Assembly: GCA_019358935.1 (NCBI GenBank)
Contig: JAHHIK010000018.1
Span: 30,591 to 94,590, forward strand
Origin: Tolypothrix carrinoi HA7290-LM1
GTDB taxonomy: Bacteria > Cyanobacteriota > Cyanobacteriia > Cyanobacteriales > Nostocaceae
DNA: 64,000 nt
Direction of reading: 5' to 3'
Shown here in pieces: positions 20,370-31,208 of this stretch (position 1 is its first letter; each line of letters begins with the position of its first letter). A program made the translations under genes and the position numbers. Under the pieces are notes generated by a model that saw nothing but the letters and a program-made list of their open reading frames with translations, was not told the origin of the DNA and ran no database searches.

Positions 20370-20482
20370 TAATTGATTTAATAGATTGAGAAGAGTAAAG
20401 AATCAGAGGTAACTAACTCGACTAATGTGGACAACACTCGCAATACGTGATACTCAACAATTGTGCATCCTTGATTCCAACT

Positions 20483-20660
20483 AGGCAGGCATTTTTGGCT
20501 GTGCGTTCAAAAACCTCCAAAACGACTTTACATGAACTTAAGGCTAAAACACGTTCTTAGGATACGACAATCGAGCAGTTATTGCGAGGACATTAGAGCA
20601 GGAGGCACAGGCTCTAATCTGAAGTTTTTGGTTGAAGGTTTGACTTCTCTGTACCTGTTT
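20483..20660 (-). ncRNA. ssrS: Probable 6S RNA (cyanobacterial SsaA type)
   Basis: About 178 nt. 5' CAGGUA pairs with 3' UGCCUG, then an unpaired bubble, then AAACCUUCAA/UUGGAGGUUU. Blocks AGAGAAGUC, AAAAACUUCAGA, UGUCCUCGCAA and AAAGUCGUUUUGGAGG resemble cyanobacterial 6S as recalled. Upstream TTGCGC-N16-TAACTT promoter. Confidence 0.7.
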
Positions 20661-20790
20661 ATAAGTTAGCATTACTCCTCTCAAGCGCAACAGTCATATT
20701 ACCAAAGTTGATTACCATTAACTTATCGCAACAATTGCGAAATCTTTCTTAAGATTTGGGCAACGTGGTTTCCTCAAAAGTAACGGAGTA

Positions 20791-21717
20791 TTAGCCATGA
20801 CAGAATGGTTCACAAGGCAATAGCGTAATAGTTTTATCTCCACTGCCACTAGCAAGCGTCTTACCATCAGGACTAAAGGCAACGGAATACACGGCTTCTT
20901 GTGCTGTAAAAGTATAGATTTCCTTGCCCGTATCCACCTGCCATAGCTTGATAGTCTTATCTTTACTACCACTAGCTAAAATCTTGCCATTTGGACTGAA
21001 AGCCACAGAACAAACATCATCAGAATGTCCAGTTAGGGTGCAGATTTCCTTGCCTGTATCCACCTGCCATAGTTTGACTGTTTTATCTTTACTACCACTG
21101 GCTAAAATCTTGCCGTTTGGACTGAAGGCAATGGAATTTATCCCCCCAAACCAGTCAGCATGACCTTTGAGGGTTAAAACTTTTTGTTTAGCCAGATGCC
21201 AAATGTTGATGGTTTTGTCATTACCAGCACCACCACTGGCTAAAATCTTTCCATCCGGACTGAAAGCAACGCATAAAACGTCATCTGAATGCACCTTTAG
21301 GGTGTATATTTCTTTTTCTGTGTCTAATGACCAAAGTTTGACTGTTTTATCTTTACTACCACTAGCTAAAGTCTTTCCATCTGGACTAAAGGCAACACAG
21401 CAAACATTTTCTTCATGTCCATTGAAGGTGCAAATTTCTTTTGCGGTAAGCACATCCCACAATTTAACAGTTTTATCATCACTAGCACTAGCTAATTTCT
21501 TGCTATCGGGGCTAAAAGCTACTGAATTAATGCCCCCAGACCAAGAGGATTCTCCGTGTCCTTTGAGAGTTTCGGGTTCCTTTCTCGCTAAGTGCCAAAT
21601 TTTTATGGTTTTATCTTTACTGCCACTAGCTAATATTTGCCCATCAGCGCTGAAGGCAACGGACATAACCTTTTCTGAATGCCCTTTGAGAGTACGTACA
21701 AGTATTAAGTATTGCAT
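20791..21717 (-). CDS. WD40 repeat protein (7 blades)
   Basis: Repeated GH...SVAFSPDGKILASGSKDKTIKLW. Confidence 0.92.
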   Translation of the reverse strand: MQYLILVRTLKGHSEKVMSVAFSADGQILASGSKDKTIKIWHLARKEPETLKGHGESSWSGGINSVAFSPDSKKLASASDDKTVKLWDVLTAKEICTFNGHEENVCCVAFSPDGKTLASGSKDKTVKLWSLDTEKEIYTLKVHSDDVLCVAFSPDGKILASGGAGNDKTINIWHLAKQKVLTLKGHADWFGGINSIAFSPNGKILASGSKDKTVKLWQVDTGKEICTLTGHSDDVCSVAFSPNGKILASGSKDKTIKLWQVDTGKEIYTFTAQEAVYSVAFSPDGKTLASGSGDKTITLLPCEPFCHG

Positions 21718-22136
21718 AAATATAAGCCACAAATTTACTTAATATTTAGTATTCCCAAGTACTAGTAACATGTAACTGTCTTCATCTAGTTAAAGAATTT
21801 TGACTTTATGGCGATCGCTTTCGGTTTCAAGGCATATTATGGCAGTGCAAGCGATGATTGATATGCATAAAAGCGTAAGCGCGATTAAGGCTTTCATGCT
21901 TAGGCGAAAGCTAAGTAAATGCCATCAAGAGTGCAGTTAACATCAGCTACGACAAGCCAAGGGCGTATATTCTTGTGAGAATTTTCCTGACACCCCTCTA
22001 TAGGCTTACTTTTTAAAATAACAAAGAGGCGTTTTGACAAGCGTATACAGCAACTGCTATCCCATTAGAAAGATGCGGTTATCACTGCAATAGTTTTAGA
22101 CTATTTTGTGAAAATTCATTCCAAATGAATACCTAA

Positions 22137-22177
22137 AAAAAGGATGAACTAGAAAAAATTTTCTAGTTCATCCTTTT
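22137..22177. promoter_or_regulatory. Near-perfect inverted repeat about 50 bp upstream of the dehydrogenase gene
   Basis: aaaaggatgaactagaaaa-a-a-ttttctagttcatcctttt. Confidence 0.45.
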
Positions 22178-22225
22178 ACCTTTAGTAGCTCAGTCTTCTC
22201 CTATCAACATTTAAGGAAAGATGTC

Positions 22226-23422
22226 GTGAAAGCAACAAGCTTACTCATCGGTTGTGCTTTGCTACTGAGCATAAGCCTTCCTGCTAATGCACAACAACCG
22301 CAGCAACTAAACATACAGCAAGTTGAGGGTTATCTGGTAACGCCTCAGCAACTGGAATTTGACGAATCACTGCTGCAACAACTTAAGATACCTGCGGGAT
22401 TTCGCATCAGCGTGTTTGCCAAAGACTTAGGCAACCCCCGGATGTTAGCAATAGGTCCCGATGGTACTGTCTACGTTACCCGCCGCGAACAAGGTGATAT
22501 ATTAGCGCTGTCTGACCGCAATCGTGATGGGCGTGCTGACCGAATACGGACGGTTGCCTCAGGTTACAAATACATCAATGGCATCACAATTCGTGAGAAT
22601 CGTCTCTACTTTGTTACAGACAAACAACTTTACGCGGCAGATTTGCGAGCAAACGGCAAGATACGCAAACCAAAGTTGTTGATTAATGACTTGCCAGATG
22701 CGGGACAACACCCAAACCGCACCCTTGCTTTTGGTCCTGACGGATTGCTTTATATCTCAGTGGGTAGCACTTGTAACGCCTGCAATGATACAAATCCAGA
22801 AAATGCGACTCTGCTACAGGCGCAACCCGATGGTAGTAATCGGACGATTTATGCTAAGGGCTTACGCAATACCATCGGCTTTGCGTGGCATCCGGAAACT
22901 GGAGAATTGTGGGGTATGGATCATGGTTCTGACTGGCGTGGTAATGAACAACCGCCAGAAGAATTGAATCTCATTCAGGAAGGCGCAAACTACGGCTGGC
23001 CCTTTTGTTTTGCCGATCGCCGTCCGGATGTGTATCTACAAACAAATCCTCCAGGCATGACAAAGGAGGAATACTGCGCCAATACACAACCGCCAGCGCT
23101 CACCTACACGGCACATAGTGCGCCGTTGGGAATGTTATTTTATACAGGCTCCCAGTTTCCGGAAGAATACCGTAACGATGCTTTTGTGACCATGCGCGGT
23201 TCGTGGAATCGCAACCCTCCCTCAGGTTACAAAGTAGTGCGGGTGCATTACGAAAATGGCAAACCAGTAGAATTTGAGGACTTCATCACAGGATTTTTGG
23301 ATGAAGAACAATTGACACAGTTTGGCAGACCAGTGGGTATTGCGATCGCACCGGATGGTTCGCTGTTGTTCACAGATGATACCAACGGTGTAATTTACCG
23401 GGTATCGTATGTAGGTCAGTGA
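22226..23422 (+). CDS. Secreted PQQ-dependent sugar / sorbosone dehydrogenase family beta-propeller protein
   Basis: Signal peptide; FGPDGLLYISVGSTCNAC, KGLRNTIG, GANYGWP, AHSAPLG, RGSWNR, GRPVG. Confidence 0.88.
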   Translation: MKATSLLIGCALLLSISLPANAQQPQQLNIQQVEGYLVTPQQLEFDESLLQQLKIPAGFRISVFAKDLGNPRMLAIGPDGTVYVTRREQGDILALSDRNRDGRADRIRTVASGYKYINGITIRENRLYFVTDKQLYAADLRANGKIRKPKLLINDLPDAGQHPNRTLAFGPDGLLYISVGSTCNACNDTNPENATLLQAQPDGSNRTIYAKGLRNTIGFAWHPETGELWGMDHGSDWRGNEQPPEELNLIQEGANYGWPFCFADRRPDVYLQTNPPGMTKEEYCANTQPPALTYTAHSAPLGMLFYTGSQFPEEYRNDAFVTMRGSWNRNPPSGYKVVRVHYENGKPVEFEDFITGFLDEEQLTQFGRPVGIAIAPDGSLLFTDDTNGVIYRVSYVGQ

Positions 23423-23548
23423 TCGTGGCTCGGATTGCTTTTTTTTGGTTGCATTAGTAGTTTTAATTACGACTATATGTGCCGTATTTATACTAAAAAA
23501 GGAGTGCGAATCGCAGTTGCGTTTTGCCAACTGCGATTCCTCCAAAGT

Positions 23549-23644
23549 CAATACGCTTGGTGTTAAGGGTAGTTCGTTGTGCGAGAACCCCGGTTTCTTT
23601 GAGAAACCGGGGTTCTGGGTTTGTGCTTAACACCAACTGTATTG
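23549..23644. mobile_element. 96-bp MITE with 19-bp imperfect TIRs and a 10-bp target-site duplication
   Basis: TIRs CAATACGCTTGGTGTTAAG / CTTAACACCAACTGTATTG; CCTCCAAAGT at 23539-23548 and 23645-23654. Confidence 0.88.
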
Positions 23645-23678
23645 CCTCCAAAGTGCGAAACCGCAACTGAGGTTAATA

Positions 23679-25414
<1,736 letters not shown>

Positions 25415-25420
25415 AACTGC

Positions 25421-25426
25421 TATAAT
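25421..25426 (+). promoter_or_regulatory. -10 box upstream of tRNA-Arg
   Basis: tgcTATAAT about 20 nt before the tRNA 5' end. Confidence 0.55.
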
Positions 25427-25445
25427 TCTACAAGCGCACTTTTTT

Positions 25446-25766
25446 GGGGCTGTAGCTCAGTTGGATAGAGCGAGCGCCTCCTGAATAATCGGGCACCATG
25501 AAGGAAACTTGATGAGTGAATGTGGTTAAATTCGGTGAACCCTAAAGAGTATGTTTACTAGAGTGTTGACACTTCAAGGGAATACCGAGCCAAGCCTGAA
25601 TCGAAAAAACGAAAACAATGTTATAACTTCGACTCAGGAAGGTGTAGAGACTAGATAGCCACCACCTAAAGGCTAAAAAGCCTATGGTGAAGGTATAGTC
25701 CGGAGAGTGGGGAAACTCACACAAATCTGAAGCGCTAGGTCGCCGGTTCGAACCTGGCCAGTCCCG
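25446..25766 (+). tRNA. trnR-CCU: tRNA-Arg(CCU) containing an intron; exons 25446-25482 and 25730-25766
   Basis: Acceptor GGGGCTG/CAGTCCC; D-arm GCTC/GAGC; anticodon stem AGCGC/GCGCT with loop CT-CCT^AA; T-arm GCCGG-TTCGAAC-CTGGC; CCA not encoded. Confidence 0.95.
25483..25729 (+). ncRNA. Group I intron (247 nt, no ORF)
   Basis: P1 CCU^GA-AUAA-UCGGG with a U.G pair at the 5' splice site; P AAATTCGGTGAA; Q AATACCGAGCCA; R GTAGAGACTAG; S AAGGTATAGTCC; P7 GACTA/TAGTC; terminal G at 25729. Confidence 0.93.
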
Positions 25767-25925
25767 TCGTCTGGAAACAATTAAATGAATAAAGTAGTCG
25801 AACTTTCTTTATAGATGGTTCGATACAGGATAGGATATTGCAAAAGTCGCAACAAGCGTGCGTTTTTGCGATAAATTATCTAAGTTCATTTTTGGGTAGT
25901 TTTTTGCAAATGCTATCCTAATTAA

Positions 25926-26549
25926 TTGTTTTTCTTTTTAATTAGAGAAAATTCTCTGAACAGACGAAGTAGTAGAGCCTTGAATAAGTTACTTTTTACA
26001 GGGAAATCATTTCGATTTATGGTTATTGCCCTACCGCTGTTGATGTGGTTGGGATATAAGGAAGTTAAAAGCCAAGTTGTACAACCCCAAGCGGTCTTAG
26101 TTTTGGGTGGTTCGACTGCGAGATTAGAACGAGAGAAGTTTACAGCAGATTTTGCCCGTAAGAATCCAAATTTACCGATTTGGATTACTGGTGGTAGCCC
26201 AAAAAAGACTACTGAAAGAGTGTTTGCTAAAGCAGGAGTTGATCCCCGACGTTTACACCTGGACTATGAAGCGGTAGATACAGTTACAAATTTTACCACA
26301 TTGGTGGATGATTTGGAAAAGCGCGGCATTAAGAGTGTGTATTTGATTACATCAGATTATCATATGCGCCGCGCCTGTGTGATCGGCGAGATTGTTTTGG
26401 GTAGTCGGGGGATTATATTTAAGCCAGTGTCGGTTCCTTCACAGCGATCGTCTGAACCAATTGAAAAATCAGTCCGCGATGGTGCTAGGGCTTTAGTTTG
26501 GATGACAACTGGCTACACAGGGGCAGATGAAGCGAAAAATAAGCGGTGA
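25926..26549 (+). CDS. YdcF/DUF218 family protein (alternative start ATG 26019)
   Basis: VLVLGG, AVDTVTNF, LITSDYHMRRA. Confidence 0.88.
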   Translation: MFFFLIRENSLNRRSSRALNKLLFTGKSFRFMVIALPLLMWLGYKEVKSQVVQPQAVLVLGGSTARLEREKFTADFARKNPNLPIWITGGSPKKTTERVFAKAGVDPRRLHLDYEAVDTVTNFTTLVDDLEKRGIKSVYLITSDYHMRRACVIGEIVLGSRGIIFKPVSVPSQRSSEPIEKSVRDGARALVWMTTGYTGADEAKNKR

Positions 26550-26568
26550 GTAATATCACGGGTTAGGG

Positions 26569-26937
26569 CTATTTTATTTGTGCCTTTTGCAAGCGTTGTC
26601 TGTCGGTATTTTGTGACTCTAATTCTTGGCGTAGCTTTTCGTTTTCACTTGCTAACTGATTAACTATCGCTTGGTCAATCAGGTTAGTGTCAGTGGTGGT
26701 ATAGATGTTGACACCTTGCTTTTGGGGTGGTTTTTGATTGTATCGATTGAAGTACAACTGCTGTACCCTGCGTCCCACTTCTAACACCTCAGATTTGGTA
26801 CAGTTTATCTGTAACTGCTGACACCGTTCACTAATGGTAATCCGAGGAGACATTGGGGTGTCAAGTTTGGCACGTTGAGCTGTAACTGGTGTGCTGGCAA
26901 TTAGCAAAGTCGCTAAGATGGCAATAATGGTTTTCAT
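26569..26937 (-). CDS. Hypothetical secreted protein
   Basis: Signal peptide MKTIIAILATLLIASTPVTA; start at 26937 avoids overlap with the upstream gene. Confidence 0.6.
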   Translation of the reverse strand: MKTIIAILATLLIASTPVTAQRAKLDTPMSPRITISERCQQLQINCTKSEVLEVGRRVQQLYFNRYNQKPPQKQGVNIYTTTDTNLIDQAIVNQLASENEKLRQELESQNTDRQRLQKAQIK

Positions 26938-26957
26938 AATAGTAGAAGCTAAGTCGC

Positions 26958-27245
26958 TTATTTTTCTTGAATGAGAACGTATGGTTGTACAATCAAAGTT
27001 AAAAATCGCTTTGCGCGATCGCCATTCCATTCGCCAATTTGTGTAACTGAGGGTTTAGCAAGCAATTGTTCATCAATCCATTGCTGCACTTGAGGGGTGT
27101 TATCGCTAGCGATCGCTACTCCGACATTGAGCAAGTCTAGTTCAATTGGTACTAATATTACAGCATCGCGCTGCACATGAGGAATTAACCACTCCCACTC
27201 AGCCTCATCTAAATTTTGGGTTAATTCGGCTTTTAAATCTTGCAT
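26958..27245 (-). CDS. DUF2288 family protein
   Basis: AEWEWLIPHVQRDAVI...LIVQPYVLIQE. Confidence 0.85.
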   Translation of the reverse strand: MQDLKAELTQNLDEAEWEWLIPHVQRDAVILVPIELDLLNVGVAIASDNTPQVQQWIDEQLLAKPSVTQIGEWNGDRAKRFLTLIVQPYVLIQEK

Positions 27246-27291
27246 AACTGCCCAGTTTTTCTCTGCTTCAAAAGCATTTTACCTTATTCTT

Positions 27292-27374
27292 CGTACAGAC
27301 GTTCCACACCGAACGTCTCTACCGCACCTCCACTATTCGTACAGACGTTCGGTGTGGAACGTCTCTACCGCACC
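27292..27374. repeat. Pair of GTAG-type REP-like hairpins
   Basis: cgtacagacgtt...aacgtctctaccgcacct occurs twice; relatives at 48909, 51565, 51866 and 51939. Confidence 0.75.
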
Positions 27375-27380
27375 TTTTAA

Positions 27381-28418
27381 TTAAACCTCTGCTTTCATCT
27401 CATCAATTTCAAATAGAGAAACGATTACTCCAGCGATAGGAATAGAAATAAAAATTCCTAATAAACCAGCTACTCTAGCACCTACAAGCAAGGCAAAAAA
27501 TACCACCACCGGATTAAGATTCAGCGCATCTTGCATAATTCTCGGCGAAATCAAATTGTCTTGTATCTGCTGAAGTATAATACACGCTATTAATACTTTG
27601 AGTGCTAGCCAAACATTTTGAGACAGCACAATCAAAGTAATTACACCAACTCCTAATGTGGCTCCTATTCCGGGAATAATGTCAAGTAAACCTACTATCA
27701 CTGACAAAATTAAGGCAAAAGGTACTTTTAGTAAAGAGAAAATCATGAAACTAGAAGCTGACAAGAATAAAGTTAATATCAACTGACCGCGAAAAAATCC
27801 TAAAAAGCTGCGTCTGATTATCCTTGTAAATCTAGCGCGTCGCTGGCTTGGTATCACTTTTAAGATAAGATCCCAAAGTTTTTCGCCATCAAGAAGCATA
27901 AAAAAAGCGACAACGGCAATCAAAATGAAAGTCACAAAGTTAGTAATGAAACTTTGGAAAATAGACAAACTTGTTACCAACATTGATATAGCTTGGTCGC
28001 GCAATTGCGTTTCTACTACGCTTAAATCTATCTGCAAGTTACGGTTACGTAGAAATTCTTCTAATCGTTCTACAAAAGGTAATAAGGAGTTTAAAAATGC
28101 AGTTACACTTTCAATTAATTGTTGCCCTTGAGATAAAACTGCTAAACCTACAGTGATTGCTAAACCTCCAAGAAACACAATACTAATTAAAAAAACAAAA
28201 ACAACTGCTATACCGTGGGGCAAAATACGCCGCAGCCACCTAACAGGATAGCTGAGTAAAAAAGCCAGAATTGCTGCAAATGTGAAAGTAACAATGACCG
28301 CTTCAAAGTAAGCTAAAAGCTGTGTAATTGCCCAGCCAGAAGCAACTAAAAGCAAAAAGCGAACTAATGCGAGATTATTTAATCGCTGCCAAAGATTATT
28401 AAATTCAAAGCCCTTCAT
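27381..28418 (-). CDS. AI-2E family transporter
   Basis: Multiple TM helices; GFFRGQ, IPGIGA, QQIQDNLISPRIM. Confidence 0.9.
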   Translation of the reverse strand: MKGFEFNNLWQRLNNLALVRFLLLVASGWAITQLLAYFEAVIVTFTFAAILAFLLSYPVRWLRRILPHGIAVVFVFLISIVFLGGLAITVGLAVLSQGQQLIESVTAFLNSLLPFVERLEEFLRNRNLQIDLSVVETQLRDQAISMLVTSLSIFQSFITNFVTFILIAVVAFFMLLDGEKLWDLILKVIPSQRRARFTRIIRRSFLGFFRGQLILTLFLSASSFMIFSLLKVPFALILSVIVGLLDIIPGIGATLGVGVITLIVLSQNVWLALKVLIACIILQQIQDNLISPRIMQDALNLNPVVVFFALLVGARVAGLLGIFISIPIAGVIVSLFEIDEMKAEV

Positions 28419-28510
28419 ATGGTATTTAGGGAAAGTATGATGAGCTTATAGTCACAAAATAATAAAGGCGATCGCTACCTCCTTTAAGCATATTTATTTA
28501 ATATCTCAAC

Positions 28511-29149
28511 TTATCGCCCCAAGAAGTGCAAATCATTAATTGCTGTTGTACACTGTTGCGTTATCGCCTCTAATTCCTCTTTATTAGTAGAATTAGGAGC
28601 ATCAATCAACTTGCCAATTCTGACACTAACAGGAACTGCCTGAGGTATCGCCGAACCTTTTACCTCAATTTTCTCACTACCCCACAAACATACGGGTAAT
28701 AGTGGCGCTTTTGCCTTCGCAGCTAGCAGCGCTGCACCTCGTTTGGGGTCGGTAATGCGTCCATCTGGGGTGCGCGTACCTTGCAAAAACACACCCACAG
28801 CCCAGCCGTTTTCAAGATACTCTAAAGCTGAACGAATAGCAGCGCGATCGGTACTTCCCCGACTCACCGGATAAGCACCAAATAATTTAATCGCAGTCCG
28901 TAAAATCGGGATTTTGAATAATTCTTCCTTAGCCATATACGCTACAGGACGACCTACACAATTAGAAACAATCGGGGGGTCAAAGTTACTCGCATGATTG
29001 CTGACTATCACCAAAGGTCCGGTTTTGGGGACGTTTTGGGCATCATAAACCTTACCCTGAAAGTAAGTGTAAAGCATAGGGCTGACGACAGACCACTTAA
29101 AGGCGTGGTAAAGTGCCAGACTGATAAACGGTTCGCGACTTTTGCCCAC
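28511..29149 (-). CDS. plsC: 1-acyl-sn-glycerol-3-phosphate acyltransferase
   Basis: NHASNFD, MAKEELF, FLQGTR; downstream of plsX-fabH-fabD. Confidence 0.9.
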   Translation of the reverse strand: MGKSREPFISLALYHAFKWSVVSPMLYTYFQGKVYDAQNVPKTGPLVIVSNHASNFDPPIVSNCVGRPVAYMAKEELFKIPILRTAIKLFGAYPVSRGSTDRAAIRSALEYLENGWAVGVFLQGTRTPDGRITDPKRGAALLAAKAKAPLLPVCLWGSEKIEVKGSAIPQAVPVSVRIGKLIDAPNSTNKEELEAITQQCTTAINDLHFLGR

Positions 29150-29233
29150 AGAAGATAATTGAAATCGGACAGAATTAAGGATAAGCGATCGCCACCACTT
29201 TTGATTGTTAAAGTTAGTTACTAAGCAACCTGC

Positions 29234-30124
29234 TTACAAAGCTTCTTTTACCTGCTTTGAAGTTGCATAGCCCAAGAAAGCTTGTACTGCGGGGTTAGGA
29301 GGGTTTTTATAGACGTAAAATAACTGGCGTCGATAAGGATAATTAGATGCCCCTGGTAGTGAGTTATCAATTGCTACTATCCGCGCCGTACTTTCTCTAG
29401 CTGCTTGTTTGTATGTAGCGTAGCCGATGCCATTTTTTTTCAGTTCTTGGATTAAACCTGTAGTTGTATCCCTTGGCAAAGTGGTAAAATTAGAAGCCGT
29501 ACCAAAATCAGCATTTCCTAATACCAGTTCTTTAAAAGTCTGACGTGTACCGCTTTCCACGGGACGATTAATTACCCGAATTGGATCTGAAGAACCACCA
29601 ACCTGCGACCAATTGATAATTTTTCCTCGAAATATGTCTGCGATTTGAGTACCAGTTAAACCGCCTTTAAAAGGATTATCTATTTTGTGTACGACGATTG
29701 CTATGGCATCATTGCTAATTATTACTGCTTGCAATCCTTTTTTCTGGTCATCATCAGTGAGATGACGAGATACTGCCGCTACATCAATATTACCTGCAAT
29801 TAAATCCTGAATTCCTCTTTCAGAACTATGAGCATTAGTTACAACTTTAGTACCAGGATATTTATCTTCAAAGCCTTTTTTCAGCTTTTCATTAATATTT
29901 ACCATGCTGGTAGAACCATCAATTCTGACATTAGTTCCCACAGGTACTGCATCGGGAAGTTGGAAAGAATACTTGTTATTATTGATGTCTTCTACAGACG
30001 ATATTTGATTGTCTGTAGAAAACAATTGCTTGCGTGGCAGGTGGAAATACCACCAAGTACCACCTAATAGCAAAAGCGATAACAGAATAAAAACAATCGG
30101 AGGTGGACTGCTTGTTTTCTTCAT
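29234..30124 (-). CDS. PstS-like substrate-binding protein with N-terminal membrane anchor
   Basis: RIDGSTSM, DVAAVSR, DAIAIVV, NWSQVGG, NRPVESGTR. Confidence 0.85.
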   Translation of the reverse strand: MKKTSSPPPIVFILLSLLLLGGTWWYFHLPRKQLFSTDNQISSVEDINNNKYSFQLPDAVPVGTNVRIDGSTSMVNINEKLKKGFEDKYPGTKVVTNAHSSERGIQDLIAGNIDVAAVSRHLTDDDQKKGLQAVIISNDAIAIVVHKIDNPFKGGLTGTQIADIFRGKIINWSQVGGSSDPIRVINRPVESGTRQTFKELVLGNADFGTASNFTTLPRDTTTGLIQELKKNGIGYATYKQAARESTARIVAIDNSLPGASNYPYRRQLFYVYKNPPNPAVQAFLGYATSKQVKEAL

Positions 30125-30140
30125 ACCTTTTAATTTTTAC

Positions 30141-31157
30141 TTATAGTTGTTCAGACATACCCCACAACCAATTCCAAACATTAACTGTAGCGCGTCCTGC
30201 TCTTTCTCCCATCAACCAGTAAACAAAATTATCTTGCTGCACGCAATTAATAGGCGGCTGAGTTTTGACAAAAAAAGGCAATATAGCTGGCAAAACTTCC
30301 TCAGCAGATTGATATCTGTCTTTGACACTAGTTTGCAGCAATTTATCTAAGATTTTGCTCAATTCTGCACTAATTGATGTTTTTGGCGGTAAATATTCTC
30401 GCCACTGCCAACTGTTATTTGTACTGTCATACATCTCAATTAGAGTAGGAGTCCTTGTCAGCATTTGGATGCAGGTAACACCTAAACTGTAGAGATCGCT
30501 AGTACAATTCACTTTACCATGCTCAATTTGCTCAGGCGGCGCGTATCCCCGCGTACCGATTAAAGTTCCTGGCTGCATTAAATATGTCTCTGAAACTAAT
30601 TTTGCAGCACCAAAATCAATTAGTACTGGTTTGCCGTCTCGTTGTCTGCGGATAATATTTTGTGGTTTAATATCGCGGTGAAAAACTCTATTTTGATGAA
30701 TGAACTGTAAAACTGGTAACAAGTCGCACAAAAGTTGCAAAATCTGAGCTTCGTTATAAACACCACGCTGCAACTCTTGCTCTAAAGTCAAACCTTCGAT
30801 AAACTCTTGTACTAGATAAAGTCGTTGCTCTTGTTGAAAGCAAGCTAATAAAGCCGGAATCTGCGGGTGAGTTCCTAGAGAATCTAATCTAATCGCTTCA
30901 TCCTTAAATAACTTAATTGCTTTATCCAGGACTTGCGGGTGTTGTGACGAAAACTGAAACTGCTTAACTGCACAGTATGGCTTAGAAGGAATATCTTCAT
31001 CTATCGCCAAAAGAGTCTCCCCAAATGTGCCTTTGCCCAAGACACGAATTGGGCGATAGTGCATCCTTAGCAATAGATGAGAACCACAACTCAAACAAAT
31101 TTCCGCTGTATCTGAATTATGAGGACTCCGACATTCAGGATTTACACACAGAGTCAT
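30141..31157 (-). CDS. Ser/Thr protein kinase with N-terminal Zn-ribbon
   Basis: CVNPEC...CLSCG, LGKGTFG, AVK, HRDIKPQN, DFG, PPE, DLYSLG. Confidence 0.93.
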   Translation of the reverse strand: MTLCVNPECRSPHNSDTAEICLSCGSHLLLRMHYRPIRVLGKGTFGETLLAIDEDIPSKPYCAVKQFQFSSQHPQVLDKAIKLFKDEAIRLDSLGTHPQIPALLACFQQEQRLYLVQEFIEGLTLEQELQRGVYNEAQILQLLCDLLPVLQFIHQNRVFHRDIKPQNIIRRQRDGKPVLIDFGAAKLVSETYLMQPGTLIGTRGYAPPEQIEHGKVNCTSDLYSLGVTCIQMLTRTPTLIEMYDSTNNSWQWREYLPPKTSISAELSKILDKLLQTSVKDRYQSAEEVLPAILPFFVKTQPPINCVQQDNFVYWLMGERAGRATVNVWNWLWGMSEQL

Positions 31158-31208
31158 AAAAGTATGAATTACCTGAATCTACTATAAACAGCAGAGGTTA
31201 ACAAGAAG

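Noticed and set aside
21167..21742. 191-aa plus-strand ORF
   Set aside because: Antisense shadow of the repetitive WD40 gene.
21838..22020. Short broken frame MAVQAMIDM...LRQAKGVYSCENFPDTPL
   Set aside because: Could be a gene remnant, but it has internal stops and no motif I can assign.
25542..25724. 60-aa ORF as intron-encoded homing endonuclease
   Set aside because: Antisense to the intron core, too short and without endonuclease motifs.
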